Shown here: positions 1 to 11,766 of the stretch, in pieces | How positions within the stretch are numbered: the stretch's first letter is position 1 | How the letters are laid out: each line of letters begins with the position of its first letter | Made by a program: the position numbers and the translations under genes | DNA from: Botryllus schlosseri | Taxonomy: Eukaryota | Direction of reading: 5' to 3' | DNA: 64,000 bases | NCBI GenBank assembly: GCA_051294905.1 | Contig: CM119383.1 | Location: 6,820,001 to 6,884,000 of the forward strand | Notes under the pieces: generated by a model | The model's database searches: none | What the model saw: the letters and a program-made list of their open reading frames with translations, nothing else | Told to the model about the DNA's origin: nothing

Positions 1-330
1 TTCCCACTTTGTGATTGGTTGACTAAAAAAAAAAGGTCAACTTTCCGCTACCGTTTTTCTCTCCACATTGCTAGGTGGTTGACTAAAAAAAAGGTCAATT
101 TTTCGCTCAGAGCTCAAGTCACCGTTTTTCACTCCGAAATACCCGCCGGAGCGTCACTTCTGTGCTAATTTACGGCATATCACTCGCATTTTGCTCTAAA
201 TGTGACCTAAATTTTCAAAAAAGAGGACAAAATCTCAAAAAAGAGGACGAAAGGGCGTCCTCCGAGGACACTTTCAAAAAAGTCAAAAAAGAGGACAAAT
301 CCTCTTAAAAGAGGACGTATGGTAACCCTA
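1..330 (-). mobile_element. hAT-type MITE of the TAGG(G/C)TTACCATA family, truncated by the window edge
   Basis: Reverse-complement match to the TSD-bounded copy at 16468-16917; ends in the terminal repeat TATGGTAACCCTA at ~318-330. Confidence 0.85.
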
Positions 331-837
331 ACCATAAATTAACTAAGCGAAGAATTTGATAACATAATAAGATAACTCATTTCGAAAATATGCGTGCGGG
401 TCACTCAAAACCGTCTCGCGGGTTGGCCACCCCTGATCTGAATGATTGTTAGGTAGGCCTATCACTAAATACGCAATGCATGTCCATTGACCAATATTCG
501 TCGTCCATTGTTGCGAAATTTCTCATCCATCAATTCTCGACGGCATTCAGTTATATATTATTATTATTCTTCATTCACAGTAAGAAACTGGTCAATACAC
601 ACATAATCCGGGGAGCAACCTGCACCCAAAGGAAAATGGCGAGATTGGAGTAATTTTTTTAAAATTTCAGTAATGCAGTCAAATTGTTATTACTATATTA
701 TTATTAATATTGACATTTTTAAAGTGGTGCTTCTCGTTTTTTACAGGCTATGTGCACCACGACACTAATTTTTGTAATGTTCATATTTCTTTGTCTGTGG
801 TGATCTTGGGGACGAATTCTTCAACCTTTCTCTCAGT

Positions 838-1079
838 CAATCATCAATTCATCATGCTCTCTCGCACCCATACGTCCCCGTCGTGGTCTTTGCTGCAGAC
901 TTGTAGCACAGCTCACTTTCAATCTGGGCTTTTCAATGCACTGCAACTGCAGTGAGGTCGGCGATGAGGAGCCCAGAGAAACCTCCGACACATAGAAGTC
1001 GGTCCGAATCGGGATTCGAACCACTGCCATTGGTGTCGTGACGCTGGTGCTTAACCAACTGCGCCACTCGCTTCCCCAG
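838..1079 (-). mobile_element. tRNA-derived SINE
   Basis: Minus strand has Pol III A box TGGCGCAGTTGG (1055-1066) and B box GGTTCGAATCCC (1011-1022), then a non-tRNA body and a short TGA-rich tail. CTCAGT flanks both sides (832-837, 1080-1085), a possible TSD. Confidence 0.75.
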
Positions 1080-1154
1080 CTCAGTTATACAAGAACCTTA
1101 TAGAAATCTCCTATGTTTATAGAGCTTCTTGGAGGTACAGAACTTCAATATACA

Positions 1155-1668
1155 ATTAAATAGTATATTCATATTGAAATGAACCCGAATATTTTCGGCT
1201 GACACTCGTCAGGGGTAATCGTCAGCAACTAGTAGAGAATTGGAAAGAACATTGTATATCAACAATCGTATCACAAAATATGACGTCACCAGCATGAAAG
1301 AGAGAGCGTTCAATGTACTATTTTTAGGTGGTACACGAACTCCTTTTGTTGACAGAGTTTTGGTTGGTGTATTTTGATAAAAGTTGATTCTAAGGCACAC
1401 AAGGCCGCTCACAATTCCATTTGTGTGCCTTGGAATCAACTTTTATCAAAATACACCAACCAAAACTCTGTCAACAAAAGGAGTTCGTGTACCACCTAAA
1501 AATAGTACATTGAACGCTCTCTCTTTCATGCTGGTGACGTCATATTTTGTGATACGATTGTTGATATACAATGTTCTTTCCAATTCTCTACTAGTTGCTG
1601 ACGATTACCCCTGACGAGTGTCAGCCGAAAATATTCGGGTTCATTTCAATATGAATATACTATTTAAT
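1155..1668. repeat. Near-perfect long inverted repeat (foldback/MITE-like), 248-bp arms, 18-nt loop
   Basis: Arm 1155-1402 is the reverse complement of 1421-1668 with one mismatch seen (ctaagg vs ccttgg). TTAA lies just inside each end. The ORF track shows the same peptide on both strands (1209..1439- and 1384..1614+). Confidence 0.95.
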
Positions 1669-1912
1669 CCTATGTTTATGTGTATTTGTGTAACCTACAT
1701 TTACTTTCTGAACTTCCCAAATCAATGTACAGAAATATCTTGATCACACTTTTGTATATGCGACACTAAAATTCGCATCGTGAACTGACATACGATCAAT
1801 GTGATTTGTGTCGCGACAATGCTCAACGTACAAATGTCGTAGATCTAGGGTAATTCTCCATACTGATGCCTCGATATGCCTTTCTTGCGCATACAATTAT
1901 ACATACACTTAC

Positions 1913-4900
1913 CCCAACGTGCAAATCCTAGCCCGCACACGAAAACCACCTCCACAGTCCTTAGAGCACGTCGTCCAAGCCGCCCAAGGTTGCCAGGATG
2001 GTGTTAGGTCGTTAACGGCATTACTATCACCAGGATCAGTCGATATTGGAGTGATAGTGACTCCGGACACAGCAGTAGCCCCAAAAGCCGGCGTGGTCGT
2101 TTTGAATTCGTCCAAATCCACCGTCGTCGCTACCGATGATGCGGAAGTTACCTCGCTACCGCCTCTACCGCTCCCTCGTACTGTCGATGTAGAAGTTCGC
2201 GATACCGGAGTATTCGTAACCGTAGGATTCGGTGATAAATTCGCCGAGGAAGTGAGTTGCGAACCGCCTGCTGTAGGCCTACGCGACTGCGGTGTCCAGC
2301 TGATCGAAAATATAGAACCTTCCGTGCTAGAGGGTGTTTGAAACGGTGCCGCGGTAGGGTTTGGTATCGACACAGTGAATATCCAGGTAGGGCCTGTCGT
2401 GGTTACCGTTTGCCTTTCGCGAGGGGGACGGACAGTCGTTCTAAAATTAGCCTTGTCTGTGACCGGGCAAGGTGATAGCACACACGGTTCGCGGCGACGG
2501 CTACAACTTCTGATTATAGTAGCGTCCGCGCCTCTTTTAAGCGAGTCTTTGCACTCTCTAGTTGCGAGGCGAGTGGCGAAAGAGCCGCAAGTCACTGGGC
2601 AGCCCGTCGGAGAGATCCACCTCGTCCACGACGAGCAAAGATTTACGTTACATGGCTCGGTTTCGAAGGAAGACACGCCGTTGACTATACTGCATCGGTC
2701 GACAGCGACTGTAGTCCCGCCCAGCTTGCATTGACGAGTTCTGGCGCGTCTCCCTGGTCCGCACGCGTTGCTGCAAATTTGCCACGGCTCCCATTGAGAC
2801 CACGCTACAGAAGGTGGGCGGAAGACCGGGCGAACGGGGGCGGGACACGGGGAAAAAGTGCACTGGGCTGTGACTGAGTGACAGCTGCTTGGCCCAAGAC
2901 TGCCAAATCCCAGACATCTCCTAAATGGAAATAGACGGCGTTAAATGTGTGGCGTTGCACTCGTTTATCTAAATAGATGAGTGAGTTGCTTACACGTAGG
3001 CTAGTTATGTTTAAACAACACGAGCATTATATTTATATTAGAGGTATCATTTTATTCAGTCCGTTTCGCTGATAGTTTATGCCTACGAGAGTTATTGCTG
3101 TGAAGTATAGAGTATACTTGTTTGGAATTATACCAAAGTGAAAGCGTAGCATTGCTTTGGCGTTCTAAATCATGACTTCGGCCGTGCCAGTGACGAAGAT
3201 GGATTATAATTATGGCGGTCGATCTTTGCATGTCATGCAATGGAAAAACAATACAAAGAGCTTTCGAGAATGACGCGGCATAGGACAGTGACATGAATTT
3301 GGACAGTTTCAATATTTAACACTATCGGGCCTTGTTTTTATGGTAACTGTAACGGTTACTGCCTGATTTTTGCTCAGGACTCGAACCCTATACCAAAAAG
3401 TGTGGCATCAAGTATAAATCTTTAAAAGCTGATGGAACTGTGATACAAACACACTTCAATCAATCTGTAACTGACTTTGAGAACTTCTGCTTCCTTCCTT
3501 CGCCAAAGCCTGGATATACATTATTGTTCTCTTCACTTCTACTTTTATTGTGTGTAAGGATTGCGAACCAAGTAATTGGGATTCAAATTGGCCGGTCTAG
3601 GGAACTTCAAACTATTGCCAGGACCAGACCAGCGTATTGGTATTACGTATACGTAATACGGTCGCCATACGTAATAGTTTTACGATATTTTGTATCCGGA
3701 ATGGAGGGCACTTTTTACAAATCCTAAAAGTCAGATTACCGGAAAAACTGCTGGTTTCAAAATTAGTAGTAAAAATCTTGTGATGACTGAAAAAGTAATT
3801 TTTCCGGCTCGACTCCCGAATTACCCACTGATGTGGTATACGTGTTGACTAAAACAAAAAGGCAATTTTCCAGTCTTGTAATTCCGAATGACCCGCTCGA
3901 ACGTCCGCATTACAGATTTCACGTCATTTATAGCGTCTTTTAGTTCAGCCTGTCAAAGCTGGGTGTCAAAGCTATACGGATTTCAAAAAAGTGAGACATT
4001 TCGGCGACCTTGGAGGACATTTCCGATTTCCTGAAAAAGGATGACATATGTAACCCTATTATGGAAATTTCTCGTTAATGTTTCTATGGTCAGTTAATAA
4101 AAAACATACGGGAAATGATATTTACGGGAATGGCGTTTTCAAATTTACTGGTCTCCGCAACGAAATATACTGCTGCGAGGACCAGTCCAGTAATTTGGCG
4201 GATTTTTTTTAACAGTGTGGTCTTCATTGATGGTAAAGTAGCATCCTTCATGATAAATGGCTTTTGCGTATATACTGCATGCATGATGTCACCGAAAAGC
4301 GTCTGCCTAAATGTTCGTCTTTCGGAACTTGAAAGTAATAAATAATTCATGCATGACTGGCCATTAGGAGTTTTTGGCAACATCTTACAGCCGCATGTTG
4401 AACAGAAGACACCAATGAGGCAACAATCTTTTCTGACACATATGTAGCCTACCTGGTGGAGGTGTAAGTTCCTGATCCGCAAGTTACGGAGCATTGTGAA
4501 TTCGTCCATAACGCCCACTGGGAGCAAAGTTCCACGTTGCATATGCTAGTTTCCGTCAGATCAATTCCTCGCAGATTGCACGCCGAACTATCTGATAAAC
4601 GGAGGATTTTTTTTGCCGAAGTATGTATTTTACCTGTATCCGAACTACGTAGGAACTCACCAGGAAGCAAACACGATCTCGTTCTTGTCATAGTTCCGGT
4701 AGAGCACAGCGATGAGCAACCCGACCATTGTCCCCACTCTGTCGTAACTGGCTGTTGTCCGCCTCCCAATGATATAGCTGCAGAGCGTGTTGGACGAAAT
4801 GCAAATTTTTATTTACTCTATATTCGAATTAAGTTACGACCGTCGCATTTTTGTCAGTCACGCGATTAGAATCCAAAGGTGTTCAGTAAGGACGGCCAAA

Positions 4901-7900
4901 TAGTAGTATCAACGTTAGTTTTTCCTATTTTAGACTACCTATAGGAAGTGCACTCCAGAGTTTTTAGACTATACTGCTAGTTCTACAGTACATCTTATCA
5001 AAACTACATACTTTTTACAATTTGGATTTTGAAAATAAGACAGCAGCTTAGGATATACGTCTCCACCACTTCACTATCGCCTTACTACCGCAAGCATCGA
5101 ATTTTGCGAGTTGACGAACTATATCGCTTCGAAGTATCAAAAGTTATACACAAATATTTCTCCAATAGTTTGCCTCATGTGTTTGATGACTTTTTCGTAC
5201 CTGCTAAAAATGTCCACTCCCAATACACGAGATCCTCATCTAAGGGAAATATCTACTTGCCCCCACCCAATAATAATAAACCCAATAGTAAATCTGCTTG
5301 AATAGCAACCTAGCTAAGAGATCTATCGACTACTCACGACCTATCATCTGGAATGCATTACCACAAGATATCCGCGAATTGCCTTACAATAGATTCAAAA
5401 AAGACCTACTTAATCACCTCTTGTTGTTATACTAACACTGTTGCCCCACCTCGCCCAGACATTGCTTCATTGATCATTTGCTACCATCGTTTACTTTTTC
5501 TTTAATTTCCCTTTCAACCCAACATTTTTACAGCCAGGCTGTATAGAGCAGTGGTTCTCAACCTGGGGGGCACGCCCCCCTTGGGGGCGTGAAAGCATCT
5601 GAAGGGGGCGCGAAGAAGCGGTCAACTGAACAATATTTTCGCGTTCATCGCGATTTACCTCCAATTCACGCGTGTTTCTCTATATATAGACCGATTTTCA
5701 TATTTTTGAATTCTCTCATCAACATTGATAACCTTCGATGTCATCAAACAATCTGTTGGGGTTGCTAGCATCCCGGTTGGATTTTGTGATATGACGATAA
5801 GGGGGGCGCGAAAATTTCCACTATCATAAAGGGGGACGTGTCTAAAAGAAGGTTGAGAACCATTGGTATAGAGTCAAGTGTACCTGTTTGATGCTGGTGT
5901 GATCAGACTAGTTGACCTTCACGGTCATATCGATCATTCCTATCTGATACCAAATACTGTGCATGCATATTTTCTGTACCACCATCATTGCCGTCTGTTT
6001 TTTTTTATGTATTTTGATTGGATGAAAATAAAGACTCTATCTCTCTCTCTCACTTCTATGAGAGACATTGTCATAAGAGCCGCTTGAAATATAACTCCTT
6101 GTATCAGGGTAACTGAATCTATTTCTAAATATTCTACCTATGTACGTACGTACATACTACAGAGTGTCAATAGTCATTTTGCGTTGGTCGCGAGATAAAT
6201 CTTGCAACTTTGAAAACAGCCACCTCTGATCGCAAAATTTATACTTTTTAATACTCGAGTACTTTTGAAATCTTTCACTTGCTACCTCCAATTGAAGTAC
6301 ATGTCTTGAAAATTTCTACGTTTGTAATTGTGCAGAAATTTATGGCGTTACTTCTGTTTCTACTTGAGTAGCTACGCTGACTACTCACCTATGCGCATAA
6401 TGAATAGAGACTACATTACTTTGCATTAAGATGCACTTCCACAATTTCTAAATTTTCAGATTTGACATAACAGTCACTCATCACAACCTATAATCACCTC
6501 GGAAACAGTAAGGAGACATCTGCGGATTATAACAGCATCCATTTCGCACACAGTTCTGCCTGTCCGCCCCATATATGCATGACTGAAGGGGCGTGGCAGC
6601 GACGCAAGTGTCCGGAACGCCTCCTATCGGAGCAGAGGGTGGGTTTTGATTTTGACATTGGCTCACTATGTATGGAAAAAAGGTAATGAAATGATGGATG
6701 GAATTCCGACTCCGGAAGCGGCATTATATACTCACAGTCTTTGCTGTAGCATCGAGGACCTATGGATAATATCGAAGGGTTGTAGCAGCACCCAGCTCTT
6801 TCGCATGCGACTTGGCCCCTTGCGAATGGCGACGCCCTGCAAAATTGTCGATTCCACACATTCGTCTGACAACCACATCCTGGAATATTATATTGAGATG
6901 TTAAGCGACGTTCGGCTCATCTTGTAAGTGTGTGCGGCACCACATTTTTACACTTTCGAAATTTGTAACGCAAAAACTCCTATAAAAGGCCGAGGCATCA
7001 TAAAATATTCCCTTACAGGTTTGTCACATTAACATGGGGTGGGGTGGGTACCGTACACAGGGGTCAATCATCAAATCTCTGCAAATGTTGGAGGTGGTCC
7101 CCATTACTTCGTTTTCATGTATCTTATTCATTATGCGATTAGCTGAAAATAATCTTTACAGATAGGCGTACTTTGATGTCTATACCTAATCTACAGTGAA
7201 TAAAGTTTATAGCGCCAAATGACGTGACCTTTATATAGATAAGGGCCTCCTGGAAGGGTCGACCGCCCTCCCCAATGATAGGGTCACCACTGATCACCTA
7301 TATACCTAACGCATGGCATTTTTATACGATAATAATCAGTTACCACGCTAGAACTTGACCGTGACTTCTCGAATCCGAATATAGAGTTCAGGCTGAAACG
7401 ATTAGAGTTGGATGACAGCGCGAACACAACCCCATTCGTGAGTTGACCAGCACGTGTGGTTCAAATGACATAAATTTTTCGATGATATCGATACTATTAC
7501 AGTTGATGTTTTATGATATCTTAAATTGTGCGTAATTGTAATGACGACTTACAATTTACCACATTCCGTCACTAATCGTCAAGATTTGACGCTCGTTAAA
7601 TGCCAATTGTGTTGTATGCGGCAGTCTTATTTATAGATGTCTGATTCAAGGATCAAACATTGCCCGCTAAAGATTTCCAGACATATGCATGTGCAATATA
7701 TGGGGATCAGCATGTTAAAGGCGTATTAAAGACACGCTGCTGAGTGAGTAAGCATTTATACTTGAGTCATATCAGTGACTATAGTGCGACCACTAGAGAT
7801 CAGTGATACACCAAAGATTTTCATAAATAACACATCATCCATAATTCGATCAGTTTTTGCGGTGGTTCACGTCACAAAAACTATTTAGGTAACAACAGCG

Positions 7901-8138
7901 ACAAAAATTTGCGTCTTGGAATTAAAATGTCCGTTTCCAAATTAGCGACCTGAGATCAGACGTTATTGGTCGCGTTATTCATCCACTTGAACCGCCTTTT
8001 CGCGATTAGAGTTATTACACGAATTTAATCGCTAATTAAGGACGTAACCAATCATTCCTATTATCACCTCTTACCTGATTGTGATCTGATGCTCGGTACG
8101 AATGCTAAAAGACCGACGAAGAAAACAAAGTATGACAT
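1913..8138 (-). CDS. Secreted trefoil (P-type) + thrombospondin type-1 repeat + mucin-like protein (3' end unresolved)
   Basis: Phase-consistent GT-AG exons: 8075-8138 (signal peptide MSYFVFFVGLLAFVPSIRSQS); 6736-6879 (trefoil CQTNVWNRQFCRASPFARGQVACERAGCCYNPSILSIGPRCY); 6498-6665 (trefoil CVAATPLQSCIYGADRQNCVRNGCCYNPQMSPYCF); 4661-4777; 4453-4591; 1913-2920. TSR motifs: WGQWSGCSSLCSTGTMTRTRSC, WALWTNSQCSVTCGSG, WSQWEPWQICSNACGPGRRARTRQC, WTRWISPTGCPVTCG, WQPWAAWTTCSKDCGGGFRVRARIC. A Thr/Ser/Pro-rich stretch of roughly 150 aa precedes the last TSR. 546 codons to the last confident donor. Confidence 0.85.
3657..4058. mobile_element. Diverged copy of the TAGGGTTACCATA hAT MITE family
   Basis: Degenerate ends TACGGTCGCCATACG ... 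TATGTAACCCTA; internal GGAGGACATTT and GACTAAAACAAAAAGG motifs shared with the copies at 1-330 and 16468-16917; TSD poorly preserved. Confidence 0.55.
5060..5435 (+). mobile_element. 5'-truncated, decayed CR1/L2-type LINE (3' end of ORF2)
   Basis: Translates to SPYYRKHRILRVDELYRFEVSKVIHKYFSNSLPHVFDDFF...HSQYTRSSSKGNIYLP, then after disruption RSIDYSRPIIWNALPQDIRELPYNRFKKDLLNHLLLLY*, the typical CR1/L2 ORF2 C-terminus. Lies in an intron of the trefoil-TSR gene. Confidence 0.8.
5549..5865. mobile_element. hAT (Buster/Charlie-type) MITE
   Basis: TIRs CAGTGGTTCTCAACC ... GGTTGAGAACCATTG; perfect 8-bp TSD GTATAGAG (5541-5548, 5866-5873). Confidence 0.92.
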
Positions 8139-10943
8139 CGTAGTACTGGAACTATATAGTTACATCTATCTGTGCAGAGAATGCGTTTTACAAGCATTGT
8201 TGAGGTGAACTAGGTTGTCAACTTCAAATAGTGAGGAAGGCGAGGAGTGACATTCACTCACTGTTCTGACTCTGACATGATACTACGCCGGTACATTGCC
8301 TCGTCAAAGCTCGGTCCGCGATAAAACAAAAAAGCATGTTCAAGATACCAACGGCCTCAATCTTTGAAAAATTTGACTTAAACATTCAACTTCTCGCCCA
8401 TGATCAGATACGATGCGACCAATACAATTGGGATCAATCGAGTATTAATTATTATTATTATTATTAGATAGAAAGTATTGCCACTGAGAGTCATATTGTC
8501 AACGAGAATCATAGCTTTGATACTTCGTTCCCGCCGTCGTAGCATTGAAACATCTGATTGTCGCGTCACAGCATCCCAAACACTTACCACAAAGCTACAC
8601 ACATTAGTAGTCACAGCATTCCTGTGAATTAGTGATCGACTCGTAGTATTTTGACAGAGGGCAATGAAATCTAGGTACGGTCCAAAAACATGAAATTTCT
8701 TTAACGTGGAACGCAACTGGCGTCATTTTCTTTGCGGTCGCATAAACGTGCATGTCGTACGCATTTGAACTCCCATATAATCCACAGTTATGACGTGCTG
8801 ATAACTAACACGCGAATCACAATCGAATCACGCAGGTACTCAATGCTGCCCGGCCCTAGTTGACAATTAAATTTCGACGTCACCGCAAAGCTACATATAG
8901 GACTACAGTCAAATTTCTGCACGTATAGTCGAATTGGAGTAGGCCTACATCGAATTGCGTATGTTGTGACAGGACCTCGGGTCTCGCAAATCATAGGTCT
9001 CTGATTCGGTCCCCGCTGACTCTCTCTTTCCAAAACCCAAACGGTGGCGAGCAAAACGCGTGGGAGGTCCCAAGACCAGTTAAATTGTGGCGGCGTAACA
9101 CTTCGTTGTCTGAATCGCAGTACTAAGTACCGATCCGCTGGGACAATCGCACACACGAAAAACGCTCTTTCTTTAAATACATGTTTTTGAATGTAACATA
9201 CTTCTGAATATCTGCTGAAGTATCAATTGGTAAACTGCAGACTACCTCCGCTAAGTAGTAGGATTGCTCGCGCTTCGAAACGCCGATAAAGACTAGCTAC
9301 GAACAGTTAAAGTTTCGGCAGATATAATGGGACACAATCCGCGTTTACAACGCCTTCACTCGTGAAATTGTCCTGATTAAAGGAACCATTTCGAAACTTA
9401 TTCGTGTACCAGTATATTCCTGGTAATCGAGTCATATGCCTCGGGGTTTGAAAGTGATTTCTCTCGATTGTTTACCATGATACAACTTGATTATTGATAG
9501 AAATCACAGGCTGTGAATGCGAGTTTCATGGTCCGTAATACTGATTGTCATATTGGTTTCACTTTTGAATCTGATTGAAACCTAATGTGTGCTGATAACT
9601 CTTGATAGGAAACACCCAAAAACCATTCGAGTTATAGTAAACGTACTCCTGCAATACCAATGCATGTCGTGATGAAAGCAATCTTCAAGTTTTGTACCAC
9701 GCACTGGCAGGCTTTTGGTAAACAGTCACTTAAACCTGACCGCTAATCCATTTGTATGATATGCCTCAGAAAGGTTTAAACTCGTGCCAACAAGAGAAAG
9801 GAGGGAGACCGAAGCGTTCTCTTGGTCGGATAATCGAAGAAGTCCTCAAGGAATGCGTTCGGGGTTTCCAACGCTTAGCATGACGTAAATGAGGTATCGA
9901 TCAAAATGTCGTCTATTTCAGTTGAATGCAAGTTTCAATCATGGCAGGTTTCAATCAAACCATTCAGAAGAGTCGACTAATTTTGCGTATATAGACTATC
10001 TACGTTATCTGGACGGAGACTGAACCTTCGAAAATTTGCACACAGATGGTGATACTAATATGAAATTAGCACAATTTCTGCTCGGTCTTGTGACAGAGAA
10101 ATGGGTGTTTCCGACTCGAGTGTCATACTCAGTATGACGCCATATACACCAGTGAGAGACTCGAAAGATTCAAATATGAAGTTGAAGATATTATCGGTCG
10201 TGGTTAGTGCCAAAGTACTTTTACTTTTTAGATTACTCAAATATGGTTTATCTACTCGAACTACATGATTGTTGTTTCGATTCTCGACTCTACCAAGTTT
10301 CTATGTTTCGGAGGTTTATCCGGGCACCTCATCGCTAACCTCACTGCCATATAGCAGTGTTTCAAAAAGCCCAGAGTGGTGGTGAGCCGAGCCAAAAAAG
10401 TCGGCAGCAAAGATAAAGTTCTGGGCGCACGCAAAATGAGAGAGAGTGATGTTGAAAGCGCGGGAGTGTGGATTACGGAGGCAAAGATCCTGACCGTTAC
10501 CAATTCATTGTCGTGGAGAACATGACGTTAACAGGCGATAGCCCCCACTGCTGTATGCATGAAATAGATAAATAAAAATATTTTCATATGATCAAGACGC
10601 ACACAATGTACAATGCGATAAAACACAATGCGATGTAATGAACAGATAGGACAGTGGTTCTCAACCTTTTTGTCTTCGAGGACCCCTTCCCCCCCCCCGA
10701 AGTTATAGGTCAAATTTAGCTAAATTATCGTACAATCTCCATCTGTCTTTTGCAAATGATAACTGTAGGCTAGTGATAAACAGCAACAAAATGACTTTTC
10801 TTGAAAATAACATCATACTATATATATGCAGAAATTGAGTTGTCTTTTATTATTTCAAAGCGAATTCTGCAACTGCATTTCTTTAGAATCCGCGCCTTCG
10901 ATTTCATATGAACGAGTGCTGAAAATCCATTTAGACAAAGAAA

Positions 10944-11766
10944 TAGGGTTCTGGTTTAAATCATTTTGCCCTTGATTAAAATCGATTTTAATCAATTAAA
11001 TAATTCAAATCATGATTATTTTGATTTTTTTGTTTTTTTTTACTCATATTAACAACAGCACGAACAAAAGAAAATGGGATGAATGACTACCATGTCAATC
11101 AAGGTGATGAAGGATGACGCTTAAACCTTGATAATATGGGATTGTGAATCATCATCCAGATATCTGAAAACGTTATGGTAATCTATGGCAACCTATGTGG
11201 TAATGATAGCTGAAAACGTTTAACCTGTTCGTTAATGATAGGTCGCCCGAATCATTACTGATCTGTTCTAGAAGCGAGGAAACATGTTGAGTCAGATCTG
11301 GACCATCCGTAATAGTTGCATCTTCATATTGACCGATGGAGTGATTTCTGCCAGCAAGCTGGATCAGAGATGAGGGAATCTTTCGAATTCGATAGAGACT
11401 CCGGATTGCGCTGCTTTTGCGGTATCCCACCAGTGCCTCGGAAATAGCAGCAGCATGTCACATACAACTAATTAGTATCCACAGCAAAACGCTAGCATAT
11501 TGATTGGCCGTCGGTCTTTGCTCTTTTCCCGTCCGTCTGCCAAATATCTGAACTATACCGGTGCCGGTGACGAGATGCTATCTCCGGTTTGTATAAAATG
11601 CACATGATTGTCAGATAATAAACCGCATTCACGCATCACGTCCGAAAATTTGAAAAACCAAAATAATCAATAAAATCAAAATGGTAAAATTAAAATAAAA
11701 AATCAACGAAAAAACCTGATTTAAATCACAATGCTTTAAATCAGCCTGATTTAAACCAGAACCCTA
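10944..11766. mobile_element. Non-autonomous hAT element
   Basis: 20-bp TIRs TAGGGTTCTGGTTTAAATCA ... TGATTTAAACCAGAACCCTA; perfect TSD CAAAGAAA (10936-10943, 11767-11774); subterminal TTTAAATCA repeats; no recognisable coding content. Confidence 0.92.

Noticed and set aside
1209-1614. Two 76-aa ORFs with nearly identical peptides on opposite strands
   Set aside because: A by-product of the inverted repeat; no protein features.
1808-2734. Plus-strand ORFs of 177, 72 and 119 aa
   Set aside because: Antisense shadows of the large TSR/mucin exon on the minus strand.
7040-7390. Two acceptor-led open stretches in the first intron of the trefoil-TSR gene
   Set aside because: Phases do not fit between the signal-peptide exon and the first trefoil exon without creating a stop.
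8760-10520. Several 60-120 aa ORFs upstream of the trefoil-TSR gene
   Set aside because: No recognisable domains or exon chain; treated as intergenic/regulatory.
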